Assembly: GCA_020725665.1 (NCBI GenBank)
Contig: DYEO01000037.1
Span: 9,558-73,557 of the forward strand
Reading direction: 5' to 3'
DNA length: 64,000 nucleotides
Source: Dethiobacter sp.
GTDB lineage: Bacteria; Bacillota; Dethiobacteria; DTU022; UBA8154
Shown one piece after another: positions 37,032 to 46,826 of the stretch; the first letter of the stretch is position 1; every line of letters begins with the position of its first letter. A program made the translations under genes and the position numbers. Below the pieces are notes generated by a model, which made no database searches, was not told the origin of the DNA, and saw only the letters and a list, made by a program, of their open reading frames with translations.

Positions 37032-39459
37032 GGTATTTCTAGTGATGTTATTTGTATTATTGCCGGTTTTACTGATTGCCGGCTCTCTTTATGTTTTCTG
37101 CCCGTTGCCGGGGATAAATTCAGATAATCCAAGGGTGCCCGGTGTTGCCATCTCCTGCACGGGGGAAAGTTATTTTCCGGGTGAGGCGGAAGACCCGGAG
37201 AATGCGGATCCGTTTGTGGAAAAGCAGGGGCTGCTTGTAACTTTTGGGACAAGGGACCTGTCCCCTTGTCCCACGTTTGTGGAAAAGCGGGTGCTGCTTT
37301 TAACCCTTGACAAGTTGACCTATGAGGATCTCCTCACCTGCAGCGGCCCGCTGCTGCGCTCCCTGCTGGAGCAAAGTGCCGTCGCTCTTATGAATGCCAA
37401 TACCGCTACCATACCGGGAACAGAAGGGGGATACCCCACTCTCGGGAGTGGAGCCAGATTGCAGGGCAACTGGGCCGTACGTCTTGCCTTCAACCGGGAG
37501 GAAAGCTGGCAGGGAAGTACGGCGGAAGGTCTTTACCGCCGTCATACCGGTGCGGAAACAATTCCCCCCGGAGAAATAATCCACCCTTATTGGAATAACC
37601 TGGTTAAGCTGAATGAAGGATTACCCTATCCGGCCCAGGTGGGGGCCCTGGGGGAAACACTGGAGCAACACGGCCTGGCCGCCGCAGTCCTGGGAAATGC
37701 CGACAGTGACGGCCCGGGAAGGCAGGCAGTGAGTATTGCCATGAATGCCTTGGGAACGGTAGCGTATGGATACATCGGCCCTAGTCTGCTACACAAAAAC
37801 GAACTTTTCCCCTTCGGGTTCAGCAGCGACCACAATGCTTATCTGCAGGCTCTGCAGAGCGTTTGGGAGAGAAGTTCTTTTATTGTAATCGATTGGGGCG
37901 ACAGCAGCCGCATCGATGCTTACCACGAACATCTGCCGCGCGGCAGAAGAGAGCAGTTGCTCAAATCCTCACTTGTTGAATTTGATCACTTTCTCGGCGG
38001 GCTCCTTCCTTATCTTGATAATGATACACGTATGCTGTTGCTTTCTCCTTCACCGCCGCAGGCGCTTCCCGGCGCCGCGCAGCGCCTGACCCCGCTGGTT
38101 TTTTATGATCCATCGCGCAAGGAAGGGGGGATGCTCTGTTCCGCCACCACACGCAGGGCGGGCATCATCACCAATATAGATATTGCTCCCGCTGTGCTGG
38201 AACACCTTGGTTTGAGTGCACCTTTCTTTTTCTGGGGTGCGCCGCTGGAGGTTGTCCCTACCCCCGGCCACCTGGCAAAGCTTTCAGACCTTTCCGTCCA
38301 GACAGCCCGGGTTTACCAGCAGCGTCCTCCCATAATCAAAGGATTCATTCTGTCCCTGATCATTGCCGCACTGCTGGTGGGTCTGACGGTTATTGCACGT
38401 ATTAAATACCTGTACGTACTGATCTACCCTCTCTGTATTCTGCTCAATTTCCCTGCGGTCCTTCTCCTTGCCCCTGCCATTCCTTCCTTTCCGGCAGCAG
38501 GGGTTTATCAAAGTGCCTTTTTGCTTATGCTTATTGCTCTTCCTGTGGTCATTCCGGCGTTGTTTTTGATGCGCCGCAACATCATAGGTTGTTTTGCCTG
38601 CAGCGGCCTTGTGGTCTGCACGCTCCTGCTGCTTGACCTCCGGCAGGGTGCCCCATTAAACAGCCGCTCCCTGCTCGGCTATGATCCCATCGGCGGGGCC
38701 CGTTTTTACGGGATAGGCAATGAATTTATGGGTGTGCTGGTGGGGTCATTTATCCTCGGCTCCTTATCCCTCTTCTCCCTGCTGTGGCGCCACGTGTCGC
38801 GGTTGCATTCCACCTTTTACTTCCTGAGCGGCGGCCTTTTTGCCGTTGCCTCTCTGGTACTGGTCTTCTTTATGGCTTCTCCCCTTTATGGAGCCAATTT
38901 TGGTGGAGCTCTTACCGCAGGTGTTGCCCTGGCCGTGACCCTGGGTGGTTTTCTTATTTTATCCAGGGATGAAAATATGACGTGTCTGTTGCACCGTCTG
39001 TCTCCAGGCAAAATGGGGTATAATATGATCGGCATACTGGCAGTGTTTTTATCTGTTACTGTCTTGTTAATATACCTGTTGAATAACCCCGGAAGCGGTG
39101 ATCCCGTTTCCCATCTGGGACGGACCTGGGAACTTGTACGCAGTAACGGCATACCGGAGTTGGGAAATGTGGCGTTGCGCAAAATGGGGATGAATCTGAA
39201 ACTGATCCGTTATTCCCTCTGGACAAGGGTTTTACTTGGTTTTATAGTTTTGCTGGCCGTTCTCTATTACTATCCCGTGGGGCTGATGCGTAATATTTTT
39301 CGCCGGGAACCTTTTTTTAAAGCGGTTTTTGGGGGAACCCTTGTGGGAAGTGCCGTGGCTTTCTGTGTAAACGATTCGGGGGTGGTGGCGGCGGCCACTG
39401 TCATACTTTATGGTGGTCTGCCCCTGTTTATTTTATCTCTGCGTGAAGTATTTTCCTGA
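37018..39459 (+). CDS. Conserved membrane protein (extracellular alkaline-phosphatase-like domain + multi-TM C-terminus)
   Basis: STTRRAGII-like segment, DIAP, GARFYGIGNE, NDSGVVAAA; start approximate. Confidence 0.72.
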   Translation: MLNSRVFLVMLFVLLPVLLIAGSLYVFCPLPGINSDNPRVPGVAISCTGESYFPGEAEDPENADPFVEKQGLLVTFGTRDLSPCPTFVEKRVLLLTLDKLTYEDLLTCSGPLLRSLLEQSAVALMNANTATIPGTEGGYPTLGSGARLQGNWAVRLAFNREESWQGSTAEGLYRRHTGAETIPPGEIIHPYWNNLVKLNEGLPYPAQVGALGETLEQHGLAAAVLGNADSDGPGRQAVSIAMNALGTVAYGYIGPSLLHKNELFPFGFSSDHNAYLQALQSVWERSSFIVIDWGDSSRIDAYHEHLPRGRREQLLKSSLVEFDHFLGGLLPYLDNDTRMLLLSPSPPQALPGAAQRLTPLVFYDPSRKEGGMLCSATTRRAGIITNIDIAPAVLEHLGLSAPFFFWGAPLEVVPTPGHLAKLSDLSVQTARVYQQRPPIIKGFILSLIIAALLVGLTVIARIKYLYVLIYPLCILLNFPAVLLLAPAIPSFPAAGVYQSAFLLMLIALPVVIPALFLMRRNIIGCFACSGLVVCTLLLLDLRQGAPLNSRSLLGYDPIGGARFYGIGNEFMGVLVGSFILGSLSLFSLLWRHVSRLHSTFYFLSGGLFAVASLVLVFFMASPLYGANFGGALTAGVALAVTLGGFLILSRDENMTCLLHRLSPGKMGYNMIGILAVFLSVTVLLIYLLNNPGSGDPVSHLGRTWELVRSNGIPELGNVALRKMGMNLKLIRYSLWTRVLLGFIVLLAVLYYYPVGLMRNIFRREPFFKAVFGGTLVGSAVAFCVNDSGVVAAATVILYGGLPLFILSLREVFS
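37211..37304 (+). repeat. Intragenic 31-bp direct duplication (63-bp period) flanking REP-like hairpin GGGACAAGGG...CCCTTGTCCC
   Basis: CGTTTGTGGAAAAGC(A/G)GG(G/T)GCTGCTT(G/T)TAAC at 37211 and 37274. Confidence 0.8.
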
Positions 39460-39639
39460 ATTAGCATAAATAATTGGCATGCAGCAGGAAAAAAGGATTC
39501 CGTTATGGAAAATATAGTACAGCATAAAAGGATCTTATAAATATCATATCTTGGTATAAAGCGGCTGCTTGAGGAAATTATGTATAGTAATGCTGAGTTA
39601 TGCAGGTGTGGATTCCGCAGCCAGCGCAGAAAGGAAGGC

Positions 39640-40929
39640 ATGAGGTTGTTGCAGGTGGAGAAAAAGACCATACCCGGTCAAATTGATGTATATGTGATTC
39701 CTACGGATAAGTTTAAAACTGTTCTTGTTACGGTCCTGGCACGGCAGTTGCTTTCCAGGGAGTTGGCTTCCAAGACTGCTCTGTTGCCTTCCGTCATGGA
39801 GCGGGGCAGCAGGGACTACCCCACGTACCGTGATTTGATGATCCGCCTGGAGGAGCTTTACGGAGCGGGGTTCAGCTCCGATGTGCTCAAAAAGGGAGAA
39901 AAACAGGTGCTCTCTTTCTCCCTTGAGGTGATAAATGATCTCTACGCGCCGGGTAAAGAACTGCTGCGCCAGGGTACAGCCATGCTGCGCAGTGTTCTGA
40001 ACCGGCCTCTCCTGGAAAATGGTGGGTTTAAGCAGGAGTATGTGGAACAGGAGAAAGAGCAACTGGCCAAGGAGATCAAAGGGCTGGTCAACGACAAGGT
40101 TAATTACGCCCTGGAAAGATGTGTGCAGGAGATGTGTAAAGATGAACCCTTTGGTGTTTATAAATACGGCAGCATTGAGGAGCTTGAGCGGATAACTCCG
40201 GAGAGTCTCTACGAATATTACCGGCAGCTGCTTGCGGAAAATCCTTTGGATATCTATATCGTGGGAGAGGTGGAACCGGAAGCTGCCTTTGCCCTTGCGG
40301 AGGAAACCTTTGCCCGGCCTGATAGGGAAAGACGGCGGGAAATGCCCCCTGACACGGTAAATAATATCCCTGTGCATGTACGCTATCACGAGGAGAAGAT
40401 GCCCGTAAGCCAGGGGAAAATAACCCTTGGCTACCGCACCAATACAGCTTACCGGGATGATGATTATGTGGCGCTCCTTTTTTATAACGGTGTGCTGGGA
40501 GGGTTTCCCCATTCCAAGCTGTTTCAGAATGTGCGGGAAAAAGCCAGTCTGGCCTACTATGCTTTTTCCCGTCTGGAAAAACACAAGGGTATCCAGCTTA
40601 TTGGTTCGGGAATCGAGGTAGAAAATTACCAGCGAGCTCTGGAAATTATTATGGAACAGGTGGAGCTAATTAAAAAAGGCGAAATCAACCACGAGGAGAT
40701 GGAGAATACGCGCCGCGGCCTGATCAACCAGTTCAAAATTATTGCGGATAGCCCCTATAATATGCTTGGTTTATCCCTGGACGGACTGTTGGGTGAAAAA
40801 CAAGAAGGGGTGGATTATTATCTCCGCAAAGTGGAAGAGGTAAAGGTGGATGATGTGGTGGCCGCGGCACACAAGGTCTATCTCGATACCGTCTATTTTC
40901 TGCGTTCGGAAGGGGATGTCAAAGCGTGA
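39640..40929 (+). CDS. ymfF: M16 peptidase-like, non-catalytic (YmfF-like)
   Basis: KFKT, GGFPHSKLFQNVREKASLAYY. Confidence 0.85.
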   Translation: MRLLQVEKKTIPGQIDVYVIPTDKFKTVLVTVLARQLLSRELASKTALLPSVMERGSRDYPTYRDLMIRLEELYGAGFSSDVLKKGEKQVLSFSLEVINDLYAPGKELLRQGTAMLRSVLNRPLLENGGFKQEYVEQEKEQLAKEIKGLVNDKVNYALERCVQEMCKDEPFGVYKYGSIEELERITPESLYEYYRQLLAENPLDIYIVGEVEPEAAFALAEETFARPDRERRREMPPDTVNNIPVHVRYHEEKMPVSQGKITLGYRTNTAYRDDDYVALLFYNGVLGGFPHSKLFQNVREKASLAYYAFSRLEKHKGIQLIGSGIEVENYQRALEIIMEQVELIKKGEINHEEMENTRRGLINQFKIIADSPYNMLGLSLDGLLGEKQEGVDYYLRKVEEVKVDDVVAAAHKVYLDTVYFLRSEGDVKA

Positions 40930-42239
40930 GCAAGCTGATGGATTGGACGATCCTGGAAAATGAATTGTTGCAGGAAAGGATTTTTCACACTACGCTGGAT
41001 CCGGGATTAAACCTCTATATCCTTCCCAAAAAGGGCTATAACAAGAAGTATGCTATTTTTTCCACCCGTTTTGGCTCTATCGACAATCTTTTCCGTATTT
41101 CAGGAAACAAAGGTGAGGAAAAGGTCAGCGTTCCGGATGGCGTAGCACATTTTTTGGAGCATAAGCTGTTTGACGATGAGGAGGGCAACGTTTTCGATCG
41201 TTTTGCCGCATACGGAGCCTCAACCAACGCTTTTACCAGTTTTACGCACACTACTTACCTGTTTTCCTGTACCGATTTTTTCCCGGAAAACTTCGACCTC
41301 CTTTTGGAATTTGTGCAAAATCCTTACTTTACGGACGAAAGTGTTGCCAAGGAACAGGGAATTATTCAACAGGAGATCCGTATGTACGAGGATAACCCCC
41401 AGTGGCGTGTTTACTTTAACCTGCTGAGTATTCTTTACCAGAATCACCCGGTGCGCAATGATATTGCCGGTTCAATTGAAAGCATCAGCAGGATCACGAA
41501 GGAGATCCTGTACAAATGCTACGAAACTTTTTACCATCCCCTTAACATGGCTCTTTTTGTCACCGGGGATATCTCCCCGGAACAGGTTGGCGATCAAGTT
41601 GCCGGGAGCCTGGCTCGCCGTTCTCATGCGCCCATTTACGGGATTGATCGTATTTATCCCCAGGAGCAGGCGTCCGTGGCGGAGCAGAAGATTGTCCAGG
41701 AACTATCTGTATCCCTGCCCCTGGTAAATATCGGTTTTAAAGATCCGTACAACTACCTGGAGGGGCGGGAGCTTCTGTACCGCGAACTTGCGGCGGAACT
41801 CCTGCTGGAAATGATCTTTGGCAGGAGCGAGCCCCTCTATAACAGCCTGTATGAAGAGGGCCTGATCGATGAAAAATTTTCTGCCAGTTATACGGCTGAA
41901 GTAACCTATGGTTACAGCCTGTTGGGCGGGGAAACACGGGATCCGGAAAGACTGCATGCCCGTATCCTGGAAGGGATCGAGGAAGTGAGGAAAAAGGGGC
42001 TTAATCGTGAGTCATTCTACCGGCACCGGCGAAAAATGCAAGGCGAGTTCCTGCGCAGCTTTAATTCCCTGGAATTTATCGCTAATAATTACCTGGCCTA
42101 TCGTTTCCGGGAAATTGATTTCTTCGACATTTTCAGCGTTTTGGGAGATATGTCCCTGTCAGCTGTGGAGGAACTGTTGCAAGATCATTTTCAGGAAAAA
42201 TTGCACGCCATCTCCATTATTAACCCCGTGCAGCGTTAA
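40926..42239 (+). CDS. ymfH: M16 zinc peptidase (YmfH-like)
   Basis: PDGVAHFLEHKLF, NAFTSF, KEQGII. Confidence 0.9.
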   Translation: MSKLMDWTILENELLQERIFHTTLDPGLNLYILPKKGYNKKYAIFSTRFGSIDNLFRISGNKGEEKVSVPDGVAHFLEHKLFDDEEGNVFDRFAAYGASTNAFTSFTHTTYLFSCTDFFPENFDLLLEFVQNPYFTDESVAKEQGIIQQEIRMYEDNPQWRVYFNLLSILYQNHPVRNDIAGSIESISRITKEILYKCYETFYHPLNMALFVTGDISPEQVGDQVAGSLARRSHAPIYGIDRIYPQEQASVAEQKIVQELSVSLPLVNIGFKDPYNYLEGRELLYRELAAELLLEMIFGRSEPLYNSLYEEGLIDEKFSASYTAEVTYGYSLLGGETRDPERLHARILEGIEEVRKKGLNRESFYRHRRKMQGEFLRSFNSLEFIANNYLAYRFREIDFFDIFSVLGDMSLSAVEELLQDHFQEKLHAISIINPVQR

Positions 42240-42253
42240 ATTTTAAAATCTAT

Positions 42254-42281
42254 CATCCAACATCCAACATCCAACATCCAA
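42254..42281 (+). repeat. Heptamer tandem repeat (CATCCAA)x4
   Basis: Read directly, intergenic. Confidence 0.9.
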
Positions 42282-42313
42282 TATCTGCATTTTGGAGAGG
42301 AGGCCGTAAGAAC

Positions 42314-43168
42314 ATGAAAAAAATTGGTATTGTGACGGACAGTGCCGCCAATCTGCCGGCGGAGATTGTGGAGCATGGGGATATTAAGATCATCCCTATG
42401 CGCATTTCCTTTGCACGCCGCACTTACCTGGACGGTGTTGATCTAACAGCAGGGGATTTTTATGATAAGATTCAGGAGTCTGAACATCTTCCCGTTATTG
42501 AGCCGCCAACTTCAGGGGAATTTTGTGAAATATTTGAATCTATGAAAGAAGAGGGTTATGAAGGAGCCGTCTGCATTCTCATGAGCAACAACATTTTCCC
42601 TTCTTTTAATGCCGCCTGTGAAGCACGAAACCTGGTACGACCCTTCCCCGTGGTGGTGGTTGACAGTCATACCGCTTCCATGAACCAGGGCTTCATGGTC
42701 CTGGAGGCAATGAAGGCGGCAGATGCGGGATTGTCCATTCCGGAGGTGGTGGAGAGTGCCTGGAAATTACGCCCAGGCTTGCACTTTTACGGTATGGTCG
42801 GCATGCTCCATTACTTGGTACGGGCACGGCGTTTGGGTAAATTCTCCGCCTTTCTGCGAGCTCTCTTTAACTATAAACCGGTGGTTACAATCGATGGGGA
42901 TGACGGCAGGATCAAGCCGGTAACCCGGGTGAAATCGCGGGATCAATGTTTTCGGTTTTTTATTCAGGAAATAGAAAAGCTACCGGCGGCGGATGGAAAA
43001 CTGCATGTTGCTGTTCTCCATGCAGACGAGACCGCAGCAGCGCAGGAACTGTTTGGTTTACTGAAGGAAAGATTTAAAGATGGGGAGCTATACCTGCTGG
43101 AACTTACCCCGGCTGTAGGTTTTCATACAGGGCCGGGGTTGATTGGTGTCAGTTTTTACAGGGGGTGA
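42314..43168 (+). CDS. DegV/FakB fatty-acid-binding family protein
   Basis: IVTDS, YLDGVD, VVDS, HTGPG. Confidence 0.88.
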   Translation: MKKIGIVTDSAANLPAEIVEHGDIKIIPMRISFARRTYLDGVDLTAGDFYDKIQESEHLPVIEPPTSGEFCEIFESMKEEGYEGAVCILMSNNIFPSFNAACEARNLVRPFPVVVVDSHTASMNQGFMVLEAMKAADAGLSIPEVVESAWKLRPGLHFYGMVGMLHYLVRARRLGKFSAFLRALFNYKPVVTIDGDDGRIKPVTRVKSRDQCFRFFIQEIEKLPAADGKLHVAVLHADETAAAQELFGLLKERFKDGELYLLELTPAVGFHTGPGLIGVSFYRG

Positions 43169-43175
43169 AAAAGAG

Positions 43176-44576
43176 ATGGGAGAGAAAACGGATATTAAAT
43201 TGCTAACAGTTGATGATGCCCTGAAAATGAACAGGAAAGAGATCCTGGAAACATATAAGAATTATATTCATCAGGGCAGGGCTACATTATCGGCCTTAAT
43301 TGGTATAGATACTAATTTTGTTAAGGCTGAAGGATGTAAGGTCTGGGATGAGGATGGCAAAGAGTATCTTGATTTTGTCGGGGGTTATGGTTCATTAAAC
43401 CTTGGGCACAACCATCCTGCTGTTATTGAAGCTTTGCATAAGGTGGAAAGTGCTCCCGTTATGCTGCAGTCGGCTCTGGCCAAGTTTGCCGCTGTGCTGG
43501 CTCACAACCTTGCCCGCATTACCCCGGGAGACCTGCAAACCTGCTGGTTCTGCAGCACCGGTACGGAAGCTGTGGAAGGCGCCCTCAAACTGGCGCGCAT
43601 GTATACGGGGAAAAAGAATTTCATTTACTGCCTGAACGGCTTTCATGGAAAAACGATGGGCTCCCTTTCCGTAACGGGTAAGAAAAAGTACCAGGAACCC
43701 TTTGAGCCTCTTGTGCCCGGCTGTATCCCCATCCCGTTCGGTGATACGGCAGCCCTGGAAAAGGCCCTGAGGGAAAATGATGCTGCAGCCTTTATCGTGG
43801 AACCGATCCAGGGAGAAGCGGGTGTTATAATGCCTCCTGAAGGTTACTTTAAAGAAGTGCGGCGTTTGTGCAGTAATTACAATACTCTTTTTATTTTGGA
43901 CGAGATTCAGACAGGCTTTGGCCGCACGGGGACCCTTTTTGCCTGCGAGCAGGAGGGCGTTGAACCCGATGTGTTGATTATGGCAAAGTCTCTGGGTGGG
44001 GGCATCGTACCAATTGGCGGTTATATTACCACGTCTCCCATCATGAAAAAGGCCTATGGCAGCAGTATTGACAAGACCACGATGCTTACTTCTACTTTTG
44101 GCGGCAACAGTCACTGCGCGGCTGCGGCGATTGCCGCGGTGGAGACGATTGTGGGTGAAAACCTTGCCCGGCAGGCTGCTGAAAAGGGCACTTACTTTTT
44201 AAATAAACTTAAAGGCCTACAGGAAAAATTTGGTATTATCAAGGAAGTAAGGGGCAGGGGGCTGTTAATCGGGATGGAGCTGGCCGAAAGCGGCGGTTTG
44301 TTGGACTTCCTTTCGGCAGGATCGGTGAAAAAGCTTTCGTCGGAATTTCTCTCTTCCATGATCGGGGGAGAGATGCAGACAAACTACGGGATATTAACCC
44401 TTTTTACCTTGAATAACCCTAATGTGCTCAGGTTGGAACCGCCCCTGACTGTAAGTTATGAACAGCTGGATTACTGTGTGGACGCTTTTGACAAACTTTT
44501 TTCCAGGCATAAAAACTTCTTCAAAATAGCCCTGCAAAGCGGCAAAGGCGTCGTCTCCTCAATTTTTAGGAAGTAA
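43176..44576 (+). CDS. Class III PLP aminotransferase (putrescine/acetylornithine AT-like)
   Basis: GYGSLNLGHNHP, GTEAVE, EPIQGEAG, DEIQTGFGRTG, AKSLGGG, STFGGN. Confidence 0.9.
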   Translation: MGEKTDIKLLTVDDALKMNRKEILETYKNYIHQGRATLSALIGIDTNFVKAEGCKVWDEDGKEYLDFVGGYGSLNLGHNHPAVIEALHKVESAPVMLQSALAKFAAVLAHNLARITPGDLQTCWFCSTGTEAVEGALKLARMYTGKKNFIYCLNGFHGKTMGSLSVTGKKKYQEPFEPLVPGCIPIPFGDTAALEKALRENDAAAFIVEPIQGEAGVIMPPEGYFKEVRRLCSNYNTLFILDEIQTGFGRTGTLFACEQEGVEPDVLIMAKSLGGGIVPIGGYITTSPIMKKAYGSSIDKTTMLTSTFGGNSHCAAAAIAAVETIVGENLARQAAEKGTYFLNKLKGLQEKFGIIKEVRGRGLLIGMELAESGGLLDFLSAGSVKKLSSEFLSSMIGGEMQTNYGILTLFTLNNPNVLRLEPPLTVSYEQLDYCVDAFDKLFSRHKNFFKIALQSGKGVVSSIFRK

Positions 44577-44597
44577 GGAAAGGAGTTAATACTAAAG

Positions 44598-46049
44598 TTG
44601 GTGAATAATGATAAGGAATTTGTCAAAGAAGTAACGCCCCGGGCGGTGGACTTCTCCCAGTGGTACCTGGACGTGGTGCTGAAAGCGGAGCTGATGGATT
44701 ATGCCCCGGTAAAGGGATGTATGGCCATACGCCCTTACGGCTATGCAATCTGGGAGAACATCCAGCGGTTGCTTGACGGGCGCATCAAGGCCACGGGGCA
44801 TAAAAACGCATATTTCCCTCTGTTTATTCCCCAGTCACTGCTGCAAAAAGAAGCGGAGCACGTGGAAGGGTTTGCCCCTGAGGTGGCCCTGGTTACCCGC
44901 GGCGGAGGTGAAGAGCTGGCGGAAAAACTGGTTGTGCGGCCTACCTCGGAGGCGATTATCTGCAGCATGTATGCCAAGTGGGTGCAATCGTGGCGGGATT
45001 TGCCCCTGCTGATCAACCAGTGGTGCAACGTCGTGCGCTGGGAGAAGAACACCCGCCCCTTCCTGCGCACTTCCGAGTTTCTCTGGCAGGAGGGCCATAC
45101 GGTACATGCCACGGAAGAGGAAGCGGAGGCGGAAACGCTGCAGATGCTGGGCGTCTACAAGGACTTCGTGGAAAAAGAGCTGGCCATACCGGTGGTTGCC
45201 GGCCGTAAGACAGAGAAGGAAAAGTTTGCCGGGGCGCTTCGCACCTACACCATTGAAGCGCTGATGAGCGACGGGCGCGCACTGCAGGCCGGGACCTCGC
45301 ACAACCTGGGTCAGCATTTTGCCCGCGTTTTTGATATCCAGTTTCAGGATAAAGACGACGAGCTTAAATACGCCTGGCAGACCTCCTGGGGAGTATCCAC
45401 GCGGCTGATCGGTGCTCTCATTATGGTGCACGGTGACGACCGGGGCCTCAGAATGCCGCCGCAGGTGGCTCCTGTTCAGGTAGTGATCGTTCCCATTATC
45501 ACAAAGAAAATGAAAGACGAGGTGCTGGCGAAAGCAAAAGAACTGGCAGAACGTTTTGGCGGCGCCTTGCGTCTCGAACTGGACGACCGGGACGGATACT
45601 CCCCGGGGTGGAAATTCAACGAGTGGGAGATGAAGGGGGTGCCCCTGCGCCTGGAGCTCGGACCACGGGATTTGGAGCACGGTGGAGTAACGGCGGTGCG
45701 GCGCGATACGGGGGAGAAAACTTTCGTGACAGAGGCGGAGCTGGAATGGCGCCTGCCCATGCTCCTGCAGGAGATCCAGCAGGGTCTCTTCCAGCAGGCC
45801 CTGCAGTTTCGTGAAGCTAATACGCACCAGGCCGGCAGTTTTGCGCAGTTTCGGGATCTCATTGCGGAGAAACGGGGTTTTGTCCTCGCCCATTGGTGCG
45901 GTGAGGCGGTCTGTGAAGAAAAAATCAAGGAGGAGACCAAGGCCACCATCCGCTGCCTGCCCCTGGAAGAGCTGAACGGCGGAGAAGGGCCGTGCATCTG
46001 TTGCCGGGAGGGCAGGGGCAAAAAGGTCTACTTCGCCCGCGCCTATTGA
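44598..46049 (+). CDS. proS: Prolyl-tRNA synthetase (archaeal/eukaryote type)
   Basis: HVEGFAPE, RPTSE, FLRTSEFLWQEGH, C-terminal FARAY. Confidence 0.97.
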   Translation: MVNNDKEFVKEVTPRAVDFSQWYLDVVLKAELMDYAPVKGCMAIRPYGYAIWENIQRLLDGRIKATGHKNAYFPLFIPQSLLQKEAEHVEGFAPEVALVTRGGGEELAEKLVVRPTSEAIICSMYAKWVQSWRDLPLLINQWCNVVRWEKNTRPFLRTSEFLWQEGHTVHATEEEAEAETLQMLGVYKDFVEKELAIPVVAGRKTEKEKFAGALRTYTIEALMSDGRALQAGTSHNLGQHFARVFDIQFQDKDDELKYAWQTSWGVSTRLIGALIMVHGDDRGLRMPPQVAPVQVVIVPIITKKMKDEVLAKAKELAERFGGALRLELDDRDGYSPGWKFNEWEMKGVPLRLELGPRDLEHGGVTAVRRDTGEKTFVTEAELEWRLPMLLQEIQQGLFQQALQFREANTHQAGSFAQFRDLIAEKRGFVLAHWCGEAVCEEKIKEETKATIRCLPLEELNGGEGPCICCREGRGKKVYFARAY

Positions 46050-46078
46050 CCGGGGTCGGGTCTCCGTGCCCGCCCGGT

Positions 46079-46161
46079 GTAGGGGCGGAGCGATACGTCC
46101 ACGTGAAGTATAATAATATAAACTTACAAATGCGACAGAACGAGAACCGTCCCCTGTCGCA
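46079..46161. repeat. REP-like elements: GTAG-GGGCG...CGTCC hairpin (46079-46100) and TGCGACAG...CTGTCGCA palindrome (46131-46161)
   Basis: Read directly; related copies at 29157, 34070 and 62259. Confidence 0.65.
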
Positions 46162-46300
46162 TTGTCAAAAATCATGCTCTCTTAGGGGGCTTTTTTTATC
46201 TGGCAGGCAGGATTATAAACCCGGAAAAGAGAAGTATAAATTGGTTTTAGGCCGGTAATTTGCCGGAATTGTTTGTAAATAGAAGGCTGTAAAGGAGGTT

Positions 46301-46798
46301 ATGGTTTTGTGCCAGTGTTGTCAGGAAGCAAACGCCCGAGAGGACAGCTTTGATGCGGCAAAGGTGGAGGAACTGCTGCAGGAGTTCGCCGGGAAAAAAG
46401 GAGTCATGGTTCCCGTCCTGCAAAAAGTCCAGGATGTTTATGGTTACCTGCCCCGGCCTGCCCTGGAGTACGTGGCAAAGAAACTGCGTATTCCCATAAG
46501 CAAGGTTTACGGGGTGGCCACATTTTATGCCCAGTTTCACCTGCATCCACGGGGCAAGAATATTGTGCGGGTCTGCCGCGGGACAGCATGCCACGTGCGC
46601 GGGGTAACCAAGGTGGCGGAGCGCATGCAGGAACTGCTCGGAGTCGGTGTGGGGGGGACGACCCCCGATTTAAAATTTACTTATGAAGAAGTGGCCTGCA
46701 TCGGGGCCTGCGGTCTCGCTCCGGTGATGATGATCAACGATCGCACTTTTGGTAAGCTTACACCGGAAAAATTAAAAGGCATTATAGAGGATTATTAA
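46301..46798 (+). CDS. NuoE/HydC-like 2Fe-2S subunit
   Basis: YGVATFY, CRGTACH, CIGACGLAP. Confidence 0.93.
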   Translation: MVLCQCCQEANAREDSFDAAKVEELLQEFAGKKGVMVPVLQKVQDVYGYLPRPALEYVAKKLRIPISKVYGVATFYAQFHLHPRGKNIVRVCRGTACHVRGVTKVAERMQELLGVGVGGTTPDLKFTYEEVACIGACGLAPVMMINDRTFGKLTPEKLKGIIEDY

Positions 46799-46826
46799 GC
46801 CAGCTTGGAAGGGGGAGCGAGGGGAG

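Noticed and set aside
44835-46175. 446-aa ORF on the minus strand
   Set aside because: Antisense shadow of GC-rich proS; no recognisable motifs
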